This document shows positions 10,507-26,399 of a stretch of DNA of 64,000 nt, in pieces. The notes under the pieces were generated by a model. That model saw only the letters and a list, made by a program, of their open reading frames with translations, made no database searches and was not told where the DNA came from. The stretch lies in contig NIVC01001296.1 in NCBI GenBank assembly GCA_002269645.1, forward strand, positions 93,319-157,318. Reading direction: 5' to 3'. Each line of letters opens with the position of its first letter. Position 1 is the stretch's first letter. Origin of the DNA: Macrostomum lignano (taxonomy: Eukaryota). The translations under genes and the position numbers were made by a program.

Positions 10507-13096
10507 ATGTAGCAAGTGAACTCCTACAATTCTGCCAAGTCAGCGTTGAAACTTATATGGGAAAACTGCAAATTTTCCGGAGCAGGCTTTAGGCTATTTT
10601 AATTTTTAATTTTCCAATTTTAACATCCCTAAAAAAGCAGAAAACTGCTTTTTAAACCCCCAATAACCTTCTTTGGCCACTCTGCCTGGGGCTGCAGCCA
10701 GTTTGTAAAAATAGCCACCCCAACCTCCGCCCGCGGGCCGCTGTGTATTGAGGGGTGGTGGGTGCGCGTGTTCTGCGTTCAATGCAAATAAAACCCCCGC
10801 GTGTTGGGGGGTTGAGTTAAATTTAATGCTTCCCCAGAACGGGGGTTGGGCTTGGGCTGAGTGTACATAGCAGTTGTACAGTGTAAACAGATAGACTGTG
10901 TCGAGATTCATTTGGTTTTATTATTGGCGCCTTTTTTCTATAGGCAGCCCTGTGTATTAGTTTGGCAGTGAAATTCAATGAATTGCGAGCTTCTCTAGCA
11001 AGCAGTCGGGAAATCGGTAAATTTCAAACGCTAACTGTTCCTTGAGTTTTAAACTTTGAGAGGAGAGACTTATATTGCTGGAAAGATCTTGCAACGCTGA
11101 GTTTAGGGATATAAGTTGTTTGCTTTAAATATGAAAATAAAAAGCACAGCATTTGAAAAACTATTTCCATACTTTTAACTTGCTGCAAAGATTGTACTCA
11201 GTTTTGCGAGACGTAATAGATAAAGTTGGGGGGAGGGTTCAACTTCTCACTGCTGCTGTGTATTGGAGGGTTGATTTAGATTGACTGACTGACTGTGCAG
11301 TTGCGCAATGAATTGATTCAATTAGTTCAATATTTTTATCAGTGTCTTTTAACACGAAGCTGTGCGTAGTTCTAACCCTAACCCTAACCCTAACCAATGA
11401 ATCCGGAGAGTTGAGTTGTTTGACGGAAAAAATTCGATTGAGTCCAGTTTAGCGGAGACGATTTCAATGTTTTAATTTTGACGAAGAGGATTTCTGTTAC
11501 GTGGAGAGGATTTCGATGGTGTTCAGTTTCGTGGAGAGGATTTCGATGGTGTTAAGTTTCGTGGAGAGGGTTTCGATGGTGTTCAGTTTTGTGGAAAGGA
11601 TTTCGATGATGTTCAGTTTCACGGAGAGGATTTCGATGATGTTCAGCTTCACGGAGAGGATTTCTGGTTCGCGGAGATAATTTATGATTGATTTCTGTTT
11701 TATGGAGACCATTTTGATGGATTTAAGTTTCAAGGAGAGGATTTCGAAGGAGTCCAGTTTCACGGAGAGGATTTCGATGGTTTTCAGTTGCACGGACAGG
11801 ATTTTTCTGTTTCGCGGAGAGGATCTTGATGGATTTGGCATCTTCAATCAGTCAGAGAAGAGAGTAAAGAGAAGAATGAAAAGAGAAGAGAGATGAGATG
11901 ATAGAAAACAGAGTAGAAATGAGTGGAGAAATTAGACATGACAGATGGGAGAGAAGAGGGGAGTAAGGCGGGAACGAAGGAGAGAGAAGAGAAGAGAAGA
12001 GAGGAGATGAAGGGAGAGGATATGAGAGAGGAGATATGAGATAGCAGAGAGGAGACAGGAGAGAGAAGAAAGGAGGGATAAGAGCGTACAGAGGCAATAG
12101 AAGAGAGGAAAGAGAGGAGAGAGGTGAGAGGTGAGAGGAGAGAGATGAAAGATCAGAGATCAGAGTTTTAAGAGAAGAAAGTAGTGAGGAGAAAGAAGAG
12201 GGTAAAGATGAGAGTGCAGAGAGGAGAGAAACGAGAGGAGACAGGTGGTAGAAAGGAGTGTAAAAACAGCAGATAAGAAAGGGGAGGGTGAGAGTGAGAG
12301 CATATAGGAAAGTGTAAAAGGGGAGCAGAGGAGAGAGAATAGATAAGTGAGTAGAGAAGAGATATGAGAGAGGAAAGACGAGGGGAGAGAGGAGACAGGA
12401 GAGAGTAAATTTGAAAGACCTGGGAGAAGAGATAAATAAGATAGTACAGATGAGAGGAGAGATGAGAGATGCAATGAGAAAAGAGATGAGTGAGAAAATA
12501 AGAGAGAGAAGAGATTAGAGATTAGAGAAGAGATGAGGGGAGATGAGAGGAGAGAAGAGAGTATGGAGAGGAGAGAAAAGAGAGGAGAGGAGACAGGTGA
12601 TGCAGTAGAAAGGGAAGAAAGATGGTAGATAAGAAAGGAGAGGGTGAGAGCGTATAAGAGATACGAGAAATGAGAGCAGAGAGAAGAGAGAAAGTAGAGC
12701 GGAGACAATAGATAAGTAAGTAGAGATGAGATATGAGAGAGGAGAGAAAAGGGGAGAGATAATAGAGAAGATAGGAGAGTAGACAGGAGAGGGTACAGAC
12801 GAAAGACGAGGGAGAAGAGATAAATAAGGGAGTAGAGATAAAAAAGAGAGTAGGGTAGAGATGAGATGAGAGAGAGGAGAGAGAAGCGAGTCACGATAAT
12901 AGCGAAGAGAGGAGAGAGTAGATATGAGAGACGTAAGAGTCTTTGAGCTATGGTCTTTGAAAGGTTTGTAAAGAATTTGGAGACGATTTGGAAGATGGGG
13001 TTCAAGACATGGAATTTCAGTTGATGGATAATTCAGGGAATGGAATTCCGGTGATGGGAGTTCTTCCCCTTTCTCCTCCGAAGGAGGAGTTCCACT
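10452..13096 (+). mobile_element. Non-autonomous Helitron-like unit, family A copy 2
   Basis: TCCCTAATACTAAAAC start and (TGTC)n. Contains (CCCTAA)n at 11372-11395, a 30-bp minisatellite at ~11490-11830 and a GA tract at ~11850-12930. 3' hairpin CTCCTCC-GAA-GGAGGAG followed by TTCCACT. Confidence 0.7.
11490..11830. repeat. 30-bp minisatellite (GTGGAGAGGATTTCGATGGTGTTCAGTTTC) inside Helitron-like unit A2
   Basis: 30-bp period visible from 11501. A shorter degenerate version lies at ~9580-9800 in A1. Confidence 0.85.
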
Positions 13097-14103
13097 TATA
13101 TACTAAAGCTGACGTCGTGGTCCGGTGGGCCGGGTTTGTCGACGATCTCCTCCTAGGATTCTTGCAACTCAACTTTCAAACCGGTACCAAAACATGTCAA
13201 ATGTCCCGACGATGCTACAATTTAAAATTCATTTTCAAATTTCAATTTTAAGTGCTTCAAAAAAGCAGAAAACAGCACAAACCAGACAGCCAGATGTCTA
13301 TATATCGCATTCCATGGACTTCCCACTTGACGCTATTTTGTATGGTTGCGCCACAACTTTTCTCCTATCTCTGCAGTGTATTTCATTTCAGCTGGGGGAG
13401 GGTCGCCGGCACTTGAGAATTGGCGGCCTACTTGCTCAGTGTTAAAAAGGGGTGGAGGTGCACACTGCGCGAGAATGGATGGCTTGATTTTTTAACTCAT
13501 CACAGAGTGTACATTGCGCTCTGCAAGTAAGAAACGGGAAAACTTGCACCTTAATTTCTGCTTTTAATTTTCAAGCTACAGAAAAGTGAATCACACCGTT
13601 GGAAAGAGTTTGAAAAACTGAACAGAATGGTATAATTTTCTGTTCCGAAATCTCAACTGCATCAGAGCAATTTGTCATAGAAAATTTCTTGATTTCAATT
13701 GTGAAAACGTTAAGTGGCTGGGGAGGGGTTTCATTAATTTCAATTCTGACTGTGCAATGCACAAGCCTAGACTCTCCCTGTGCATTTGGGGAGGTGCATG
13801 GGCTATAGACTGTACTGTAGATATTTACTGTACGCTTGCAAGTAACAAGGCCGACATAAATGAATATAAATGAATAAATTCGGCTAAATGCAGTGTACAT
13901 TTGTGAGAACCGGGCTGCGACAGTGATGGCGCAATGCATATGCATCAACGGGGGCAGGCGATCGTTTCAGTAGCTCAATTTCGCTGGCCCAAGAGCTAGG
14001 GTTAGGGTTACGATATGGAGTTCTGCAGATTCAACATTCCAACCATGGGATTCCGGGGATTTCAATTCAGCGGATTTCTCCTCCAACGGAGGAGTTCCAC
14101 TCG
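13097..14103 (+). mobile_element. Helitron-like unit with family-A termini and a different interior
   Basis: Starts TATATACTAAAGCTGACG, similar to the A 5' end. Contains TAGGGTTAGGGTTA at 13997-14010. Ends CTCCTCC-AAC-GGAGGAG-TTCCACTCG. Confidence 0.55.
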
Positions 14104-16983
<2,880 letters not shown>

Positions 16984-19005
16984 TCTCTAACTATAAAAAT
17001 CAAAACTCTGTGTGTGTGTGTGTCTGTGTGTGGACAATTTTGATCGCTATGGACTCCCAAACCGCTCAACCAAATGACACCAAATTTTACACCCACCCTA
17101 AACTTACTACGGAGAATGTCTTAGGCTACCTTTAAATTTCCTAGACTCAAGTCTTCCTACCTAAAAGTACAAAAAACTGCTCAAAATGCGCGATTTTTTT
17201 ACTAAATCCTCCATAGCGCCGCTCCACTTCTACCGATTCTCTTCAAATTTGACACAGGCAATTTTTAACTATTTTGACACAATCGTGTAAAATTTCAAAT
17301 CTCAAAGTTAATCCTGAAAGCCGCTGTGCACTTTTAAAGTTAGGCTGTTTTTTTCAGCGAGGCAGCCACCCCAACCTCCGCCCGCCTGCCTCTCTTTCCC
17401 GATCTGGGCCCAGATGTGTAAAAGGGTTTCAAAATTGACTAACTTTCAGCTGCCATAAGTTTGCTCCACGTAAAACGATTGACTTCAAACTTGACACAAT
17501 TCTTCACAATTGACCCATTCTCTATCTAAATGTAAAGTTTCAACTCTGTAACTCAACCGAAAAAGAAACTGTAAGCATGTGAAGTTTGTCTGCTTTTTCT
17601 GTTGTTTGTGCCACTCACTCACTCCACTCATTCCCCCCAGAGCCAGACGAAGGGTCAGGCGATAGGACTGAATGTACATAGCAAATGTACAGTGTTTTGG
17701 AAAAACTTTATTTATAGCCTTCTCTGCACCCCGAGAGTGGAGAGGCTACGTTTAGCCATAACAGTTTAGTGAGAAATTCTAACCACTGCCCTCCCCTCTG
17801 TATTGGCAAACTCTGCAGCAGTTTAACAGTGGATGGCAATTGGCAAATCGAGGGAATCCAGCATGGTTTGTAAAAGCGAAAGATTTATGAAAAGGCAATG
17901 CAGTGCAATACAACCCTACTAAATTAGGCACACCATGGAAATTTTAGGTTTCTTTTAAAGGTAGTGTGTAAATTTTAAATGGCCTCCTAAGAAATGCGTA
18001 TTTCCTTGGTTGTTAGACTGATCCAGAGTCCAGACTGCAGTGGAGCTGAAGTTTACACAAATTCCTTTCAGGGCTGCAAATTGGCAAGAAAGATGACGTG
18101 ATCAAAGCATGAGAACAACGATGAGAGTAGTACGTCCCACAAACTGGCTTTCGAAGCAGGGATCGGCAGACTTTTACTTCAAAAGCCAGATAAAGAATCC
18201 AGCTCATGTGCGGGCCAGATGAGAGTGGAAAGGAGAAGGAATAGACTCTTAGAAGAGAGGAGAGGCGAGAGGGGGATTAGAGAAAACATGGAAGATAAGA
18301 GGAGAGACAAGTGGTGAGGAGAGAGCAGAAAAGAAGGGAGGAAGAAGCGAGAGGAGGGGAGAAAGGAGGGAGAGGAAAGAGTAAAGATGAGAAGAGGGGA
18401 GAGATGAGACAGAGGATCAATGAGAGGAGAGTAAAGAAGAGTGAGAAGAGAGTAGAGATGAGAGAGCAGAAAGAAGATGACAGAGGGTCAAGAGGAGAGG
18501 AGAGAGTAGAAAGGATAGAGAAGAGAGGAGATAAGAGGGGGAGAGAGGAGTGAGAAGAGAAGAGATAGAGATAAGAGAGGGGTGTAAGAAGAGGGGAGAA
18601 AGGAGAGATGAGATTGTAGAGATGAGACAAATGAAAGGAGAGATGAGAGAGTAAAGATGAGAGATGAAAAAGGTGAGAGGAGAGTGCAGAGAGACGAGAG
18701 AAGATAATAGAGGAGAGAGAGTATAGAAGAGGGAAGAGAAAAGAAGAGAGGAGTAAGGAAAGAGAGGAGTCAGAAGAGGTGAAAGAGAAGAGTACAGAGG
18801 AGATAAGTGAGAGAACGTATTAGAGAGTAAAGATGACAGATGAGAGAGCAGAGATGAGGGTGAACAGACGAGAGATGGGAGAGTAGAGAGAACAGAGGAG
18901 AGATTACATAGACTAGAGGAGAGAGGAGAGACAGGGAGAGAGAAGAGGAAATAGGAGAATGAAGAGGGGAGAGAGTAAAGAGGAGAAGAGAGATGGGAGA
19001 GGAGA

Positions 19006-19072
<67 letters not shown>

Positions 19073-19910
19073 GAAAGAGAGACAGAGAGAGAGAGAGCGC
19101 GCAGAGCAGAGAGAAACGAGAAGAGATAAGAGAGAAAAGATAAAAGAAGAGAAAGGAGAGATAAAAACGCAGACAAGAGAGAAGAGAGGTGAGGGAAGAG
19201 ACGAGTGACGAGGGGAGAGAGAAGAGATAAAACAAGAAAAGAGATGAGAGGAAAGAGAGAGAGGAAAGAGGTGAGAGAAGAGAGGAGAGAGTTAAGAGAA
19301 GAGAGAAAAGAATAGAGAGGAGAAGGAAGAGACGAGAGAAGAGGGGGAGAGAGTAGAAGAGAGAAAACGAAAAAGTAGAGAGGAGAGAGGAGGGAGAAAA
19401 CGAAAAGTAGAGAGGAGACAGGAGAGAGGAGAGAAGAGAGAAAACGAAAAGTAGAGAGGAGAGAGAGAGGAGAGTAGAGAGAAGAGACAAGAGATAAGAG
19501 AGATGAAAGAGAAGAGAGATGAGGGAAGATATGAGAGAAGAGAGGAGAGAGGAGAGAAGAGAGAGGAGAGACGAGGGACGAGAGAGAAGAGAGGAAACAG
19601 AAGAGACGATAGAAATTTTAAAGGATCCAAGGGACATAGGGAGAGTCAGGGAGAGACCAGAGTTTAGCAATACATGTTTTAGAGTCAGACAGACATTGCC
19701 TGACATTCTGTGAAGTACCCCAGCCAACAATATCAATGTTTGCTTCAAATCCTAATTTTACACGAATGTGTCCATTTTATGTCTACCTCTTTCCTACTAA
19801 CTATTAACAAGTTTTTGTTTGTGTATGGCCTTAGATTTCAGAATACATGCAAAAGTAGTTCCGGGGATTGGAATTCCCCGGGTTCAAAATCCGCGGGTTT
19901 CAACAGCTTG
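16984..19910 (+). mobile_element. Non-autonomous Helitron-like unit, family B copy 2
   Basis: Junction CAACAGCTTG|TCTCTAACTATAAAAATC. Same internal organisation as B1, and the same 3' hairpins and CTTG end. Confidence 0.75.
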
Positions 19911-21832
19911 TCTCTACCTATAAAAATCAAAACTCTGTGTGTGTGTGTGGACAATTTTGATCGCTATGGACTCCCAAACCACTCAACCAAATTACACCAA
20001 ACTTTACACCCACCCTAAACTCACTACGGAGAATGTCTTAGGCTACCTTTTAATTTCCTAGACTCAAGTCTTCCTACCTAAAAGTACAAAAAACTGCTCA
20101 AAATGCGCGATTTTTTCACTAAATCCTCCATAGCGCCGCTCCACTTCTACCGATTCTCTTTACCGACTCTACCGACACAGGCAATTTTCAACTATTTTGA
20201 CACAATCGTGTAAAATTTTAAATCTCAAAGTTAATCCTGAAAGCCGCTGTGCACTTTTAAAGTTAGGCTGTTTTTTCAGCGTAGCAACCACCCCAACCTC
20301 CGCCCGCCTGCCTCTCTTTCCCGATCTGGGCCCAGATGTGTAAAAGGGTTTCAAAATTGACTAACTTTCAGCTGCCATAAGTTTGCTCCACGTAAAGCGA
20401 TTGACTTCAAACTTGACACAATTCTTCATTGACTCATTCTCTATCTAAATGTAAAGTTTCAACTCTGTAACTCAACAGAAAAAGAAACTGTAAGCATGTG
20501 AAGTTTGTCTGCTTTTTCTGTTGTTTGTGCCACTCACTCACTCATTCCCCCAGAGCCAGACGAAGGGTCAGGCAATAGGACTGAATGTACATAGCGAATG
20601 TACAGTGTTTTGGAATAACTTTTTAATAGCCTTCTCTGCACCCCCAGAGTGGAGAAGCTACGTTTAGCCATGACAGTTTAGTGAGAAATTCTAACCACTG
20701 CCCTCCCCTCTGTATTGGCAAACTCTGCAGCAGTTTAACAGTGGATGGCAATTGGCAAATCGAGGGAATCCACTAACCAGCATGGTTTGTAAAAGCGAAA
20801 GATTTATGAAAAGGCGATGCGATGCAATGAAATACATACAACCCTACTAAATTAGGCACACCATGGAAATTTTAGGTTTCGTTTAAAGGTACCGTGTAAA
20901 TTTTAAATGGCCTTCTAAGAAATGCGTATTTCCTTGGTTGTTAGACTGATGCAGACTGCAGTGGAGCTGAAGATACACAAATTCCTTTCAGGGCTGCAAA
21001 TTTGCAAGAAAAATGACGTGATCAAAGCATGATAACAACCATGAGAGTACTACGTCTCACAAACTGGCTTTCCAAGCAGGGATGGGCAGACTTTTACCTC
21101 AAAGGCCAGATAAAGAATCCAGCTCATGGCTGAGGGGCAGATGAGAGTGGAAAGAAGAAGGAATAGACGATTCGAAGAGAAGAGAAGCGAAAGAGGGGAT
21201 AAAAGAAAAGATAAAAGATAATAGGAGAGATGAGGGGGTGATGACGATGAGAGAGAGGAAGAGAAGAGGGGAGAGAGGAAAAGCGAGAGTAGTGAGTAGA
21301 GATGAGAGAGCAGAGAGTTGCAGATGAGAGGAGAGAGGAGACAGCAGAGAGGAGAGCAGAGAGGAAACAGGTGAAAGAAGAGATGAGAGAGTACAGGGAA
21401 GAGAGAAGAGAAAGATACATCTCTACATCTCTAAGGTTGTAGAGATGAGAGGTGGAAGGAGAGATGAGAGATGAGAGATAACGGATAGAGGAGAGTGGAG
21501 TGAGAGAAGAGAGGGAGACAGAGTATAGAAAAGGGAAGATAAGAGAAAAGAAGAAAGGAGAAAGGAAAGTGAGGAGTCAAAAGAGGGGAAAGAAAAGAGT
21601 ACAGAGGAGAGAGGTGAGAGAACATATAAGACAGAGATGCCAGATTAAAGAGGGGGATGAGAGAGCAGAGACGAGAGTGAACAGATAAAAGATGGGAGAG
21701 TAGAGAGAACAGAGGAGAGGTTACAGAGACGAGAGGAGAGAGGAGAGACAAAAGTAGAGAAGTGAGTGAGGAGAGAGGAGAGGAAATAGGAGAATGGAGA
21801 GGGGAGAGAGTAGAGAGAGGAGGAGAGATAAC

Positions 21833-21879
<47 letters not shown>

Positions 21880-22563
21880 AGCAGAGAGAAATGAGAAGAG
21901 ATAAGAGAGAAAAGATAAAAGAAGAGAAAGGAAAGATGAGAGAGCAAAGACGAGAGAGAAAAGAGGTGAGGGAAGAGACGAGAGAAGAGACGAGAGATGA
22001 GAGAATAGAGGAGAGAGTTAAGAGAAGAGAGAAAAAAATAGAAAGGAGAAGGAAGATAAGAGAGAAGAGGGGGTGAGAGGAGAGAGGAGAGGGGGAGAGA
22101 GGAGAGGAGAGAGGAGAGGAGAGAGAAAAGAAGAGACAAGAGATGAGATAAGAGAGATGAAAGAGAAGAGAGATGAGGGAAGATACGAGAGAAGAGGGGA
22201 GAGAGGAGAGAGGAGAGAGCCTCAGAGAGGAGAGACGAGGGACGAGAAAGATGAGAGGAAACAAAGAGACGATAGAAATTTTAAAGGATCCAAGGGACGT
22301 AGGGAGAGTCAGGGAGAGACCAGAGTTTAGCAATATATGTTTTAGAGTCAGACAGACATTGCCTGACATTCTGCGCAGTACCCCAGCCAACAATGTCTCA
22401 AACCCTAATTTTACACGAATGTGCTCCATTTTATGTCTACCCCTATCCTACTAACTATTAACAAGTTTTTGTTTGTGTATGGCCTTAGATTTCAGAATAC
22501 ATGCAAAAGTAGTTCCGGGTATTGGAATTCCCGGGTTCAAATTCCGCGGGTTTCAACAGCTTG
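19911..22563 (+). mobile_element. Non-autonomous Helitron-like unit, family B copy 3
   Basis: Junction CAACAGCTTG|TCTCTACCTATAAAAATC. Ends CAACAGCTTG followed by T at 22564. Confidence 0.75.
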
Positions 22564-22914
22564 TAGGTCTATAAAAATAGATTTTTGGATGGATAAAAAT
22601 AAGTTTTGCATTGACTTCTAACGCCCAGAAAAATGTTTGTCATAATCTTTTAGTGCTTTCTAAGAAGCTCTATTTCGGCTCGTATCCAAAATTTTGAACT
22701 CCCAGCAGCCAATTTTGCTGACTCTGTTGACACCAGGATCTTGGATTGCCACTGGATGTCTTCTGCCATTTGTTTTTAATACCTATGGATGACGCTTTCA
22801 CGGTAAAACATGTGGAACTTCGAGAAAAACGGGTACTTTCAAATGATATTGGTGTCCAAAGAAGCATATCCGGTGTATTGTACTGTCCATTTACTTGTAC
22901 TTGTCCGGTGTACT

Positions 22915-25214
22915 ATACTATCTGTGGAAACGGTGCTCCTCTACAACGTCGAGACATGGATGACCACAGAGGTCCTGGAGCGACAACTGGTCGCGTGCAC
23001 TCCAGCCTGCTACGTGCTGCTTTTAACATCCACCGTCACGCCGAATGCGTCACCAACCAGGCCTTCTATCAACGGATCAAGCTGAGCCCTCCCAGCGTGA
23101 CCCTGCGACAGCGACGCCTGAAGCTGGCGGGTCACGTCATCCGCGCCGAGTCATACTGCCCGGCGCCGCTGCAGGAGGTTCTGCTGTGGACACACGAGGC
23201 AGAGGCAGCTCTGGCAGCTGTCTACCTGCAGCGCCAACAAGCGGCTGTCGATGACGCCATTCAGGCTGTCTCTGCCGCTGGGCCCGATGCCAGAGGGCGC
23301 GTGGCCTGGTCCGCCATCAACGCTCTGACGGGAAGAAAGCGGCGCAATCCGCTGAACCTGGCTGGTGACACGCCGGACGAGCGTAGGAACGAGCTGCGCG
23401 AGTTCTTCGCCGCCATCGTCAACGCGCCGCCACCCCCGCTGCCAGACAGTCTGACGCTGCCGCCGGAGACGCCGCTGCCGGCAGAGGAGAGTTTCAGCGT
23501 AGCCCCAGTCAACGCAGCCGACGTTGTCAAGCTCGCCCAGCAGTCACCGGGCGGGAAAGCGCTGGGTCCGGACGAGGTGCCCATCGAGGCGCTGCGCATC
23601 CCCTGTGTGGCCGCTGAGGTCGCCAGAGTGATGAACCGCGTGCTCTTCGGTGAGGCGGCGCCCAACGAATGGACCACGGCGCACATCGTCGCTGTTCCAA
23701 AGAAGCCGGGCACCACTAGGCTTGAAGACCATCGAGGCATCTGCCTTCAGTCCTGTGCAGCGAAGCTGTTCAACCGGATGCTGCTTTCGCGGTTGCAGCC
23801 CGTGCTGGATCCGTACCTGCGCCCAGAGCAGAACGGGTTCCGGCCCCATCGCGGCACAGTGGCGCAGATCCTGGCTCTTCGCCGAGTCATCGAGGAGGCG
23901 CGGATTCGTCAGTCGATCCTGATTTTAATCTTTATTGATTTCAAGAAGGCATTCGACTCGGTTGTCAGAGCCGTGCTTCCAATGGTGCTCCGCGCGTACA
24001 ACGTGCCTGAGCAGCTGATCTCCGCCATCATGGCGATGTACCGTGATACGACAGCTGCTGTGACAACACCGGACGGCCTATCGGACTCCTTTGAGACATC
24101 CTCCGGAGTGCTTCAGGGAGATACGCTGGCGCCGTTCCTGTTCGTCCTGGTGCTTGACTGGGTGCTGCGGACTGCTCTTCCTACCGACGACGACGGTTTT
24201 CTGCTGCAGCGACGCGTGGGTCGACGTCAACCGGAGAAGCGGCTCAGCGTGCTTGGCTACGCCGACGACCTCGCCCTGCTGTCCTCGACCGTCGAGGGCG
24301 CCCAACGGCAGCTGGACAGGCTGGTTGCCGTTGCGGCGAGTGTCGGCCTGGTGGTCAACACGCAGAAGACCGTTGTGCTCTGCGTGCCGGACGACATCGA
24401 GGCTGCAATATTTTGCCGAGGCGCTGACGGGCAGGCGACCGAACTCCCGCGATGTCAGCAGTTCGTCTACCTGGGCGGTCTGGTTCCAGACGCTCGCGAG
24501 GACCTGCGACGCCGCCGCGGGCTTGCCTGGGCTGCCTTTCGTTCTGTGAGGGCAGTCCTGCAGTCCGAGGCCCTACCAGACCGCCAGAGGGCGGCGCTGT
24601 TCCAGGCGGTAATCGAGACCGTCCTGCTGTACAACGCCGAGACCTGGACGCTGACGGACTCACTCGAACAGCAAGTCGATGCGGCGCACGCTGGTCTGCT
24701 GCGCGCCGCCTTCAACATCGGCGTCGAGCGAGTCACCAACGCGGCACTCTATCGCCGCGCTGGCCTGCCACGTCCAAGTGATCTACTGCGCCGTCGGCGA
24801 CTACAGCTCGCAGGCCATCTCATCCGCGCCGAGTCGTACTGCCCACAGCCGGTGCAGGAGGTGCTGCTGCTCACGCTGCAGGCACCCTACCGGCGAGGTC
24901 AAGCGCGAACTCGGCGTTATGTCGACTGTCTGCTGGCTGACGCCGGCGCCCCGGACACTGCCGGTGGCGCGGCCTTTGTTCGCGCCCAAGCCATGAAGCG
25001 CGCCCTGTGACGCTGACTTTTACCATCATGACAGCGTATTTTGTTGTTGTTGTTGTTGTGGACACAGCGCGGGCCCCTTTCCGGCGGAGGCATGCAGGCA
25101 CGGACCCGGAGGTTCGTCGACTGTTTGACAGAAAACGCCAAGTCTCCTAACAAGGCCAACGGTGTTGCTTTTACCTCGCATCAGAGACTGTTTGACATTG
25201 TTCCATCTCCCTGA
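22915..25214 (+). pseudogene. Older RTE-like LINE 3' fragment, split by a younger relative (pieces ~22915-23194 and 25067-25214)
   Basis: ETVLLYNVETW (frame of the 22810 ORF), then a frameshift to SLLRAAFNI...RRLKLAGHVIRAESYCPAPLQEVLLWT. After removing the insert it continues in frame as QRGPLSGGGMQARTRRFVDCLTENA, paralleling the C-terminus of the young copy. Confidence 0.8.
23195..25056 (+). mobile_element. 5'-truncated non-LTR retrotransposon (RTE-like LINE) with an intact RT domain, (TTG)n tail and 10-bp TSD
   Basis: RT motifs FIDFKKAFDSV, GVLQGDTLAPFLF and YADDLALL, plus RTE-type ETVLLYNAETW. Stop at 25008-25010 and a (TTG)6 tail. TSD TGTGGACACA at 23185-23194 and 25057-25066. No endonuclease domain is present. 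Confidence 0.9.
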
Positions 25215-26399
25215 CCACTTTGTGGTCGGCGGACCTTGGAACTGTTGTATTGTAAAGAAGCAAATATGTAAAAGTTCTGTCGGATTTCAAAAACTGCTTT
25301 GCAATTGAACCTCTACAGCCTGAGCTATGGGGGAAGTAAGGGGGAAGTAGCTAGCAAATCACATTGCTTCGCGAAATTCGAGCAACCTTTCGAGACTAAA
25401 AATAGTATACTTATCGAGTGTTCATGACTTTATGAGTCAGGCTTCAAGCCATGCAGCAGCAACAGATCATTTTTATAGTCGGATGCCTAAAAGCAGGGTA
25501 GCAGGGTGCTCCTGCCCACACGGGCCCCACAGCCTGGCCGCCTCATCAGAAGTCCCTTGGTGTGAGTACTGCATGGAACCCTGATGCACAATTTACCACC
25601 AAAGACGGATGAGGCAGCCTCAGTTATCCACGAGTGCGGCAAGTGCAAGTGCAGCAGAAGGAGAGCAAACCCAGAATAGAACATTGACATCAGCAGCGGC
25701 GTCAACAGTTTCCCATTGAGTTCCTTAACTCTCTGGAACAGGGTCGGCAAACACATCTTCTCTCCTCTTTCCTCTCTCTCCTCTCTTCTCTCTCCTCTCT
25801 CTCCCTCTCCCCCTCTCTCCCCTCTTCTCTTCGTCAAGGCTAATCGTCAATCAACTCTTTTCGAATGTGATTTAGGCAACAATAGTGACAGGATCCAGCA
25901 AAGAGCAATCTGTATTTATTCTGGGAATTCAAAATTATTCATGGAATCTTTCTTTTCGTTCAAGCAAGTACAGTTCCCACTGCAGGTTTGCTTTTTCATG
26001 ACTAACCAAGGAACTTGGACTTGACTTTTTTCCAAGGGATCAACTTGGTCACCTTGCTTCTTATATGGCCAACTTTATGTTGCATGCAGCATGCTCATGC
26101 GTCGAACTGCAGCTGGCCTCTTCATCTTTTGTGCAAGGAGGAGGGGGGAACAATTAAGAATTGGGTCTTGCTGATGTCTTGCATACTTGCAAGAGTGTCA
26201 CATGCAAAAGCACCACATGCTTTGCCAGCTGATGAGGGATGCAGAAATTGCTTATCGCTTCTTCATTTTACTTCACAGCTACAAATTAATCTTGTCTTAC
26301 ATAAAAAAGATTCTGTTAAATTTCTGTCCGGACGCTGTAAGTTTAATTTGATTTTATTCTATTACGTTAAAAAATATAGTTAAAAAATACATTAGGTGT

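Noticed and set aside
11372-11395. True telomere or chromosome end
   Set aside because: Only 3-4 hexamers, internal to a repeat unit.
26225-26250. CTGATGAG...GAAA hammerhead-like core (also CTGATGAG at ~3032)
   Set aside because: Stem II does not close correctly before GAAA and stems I/III are absent. The 3032 site lacks GAAA and lies in a CDS.
25487-26383. Short ORFs in moderately GC-rich DNA
   Set aside because: No motif, splice model or family recognised.
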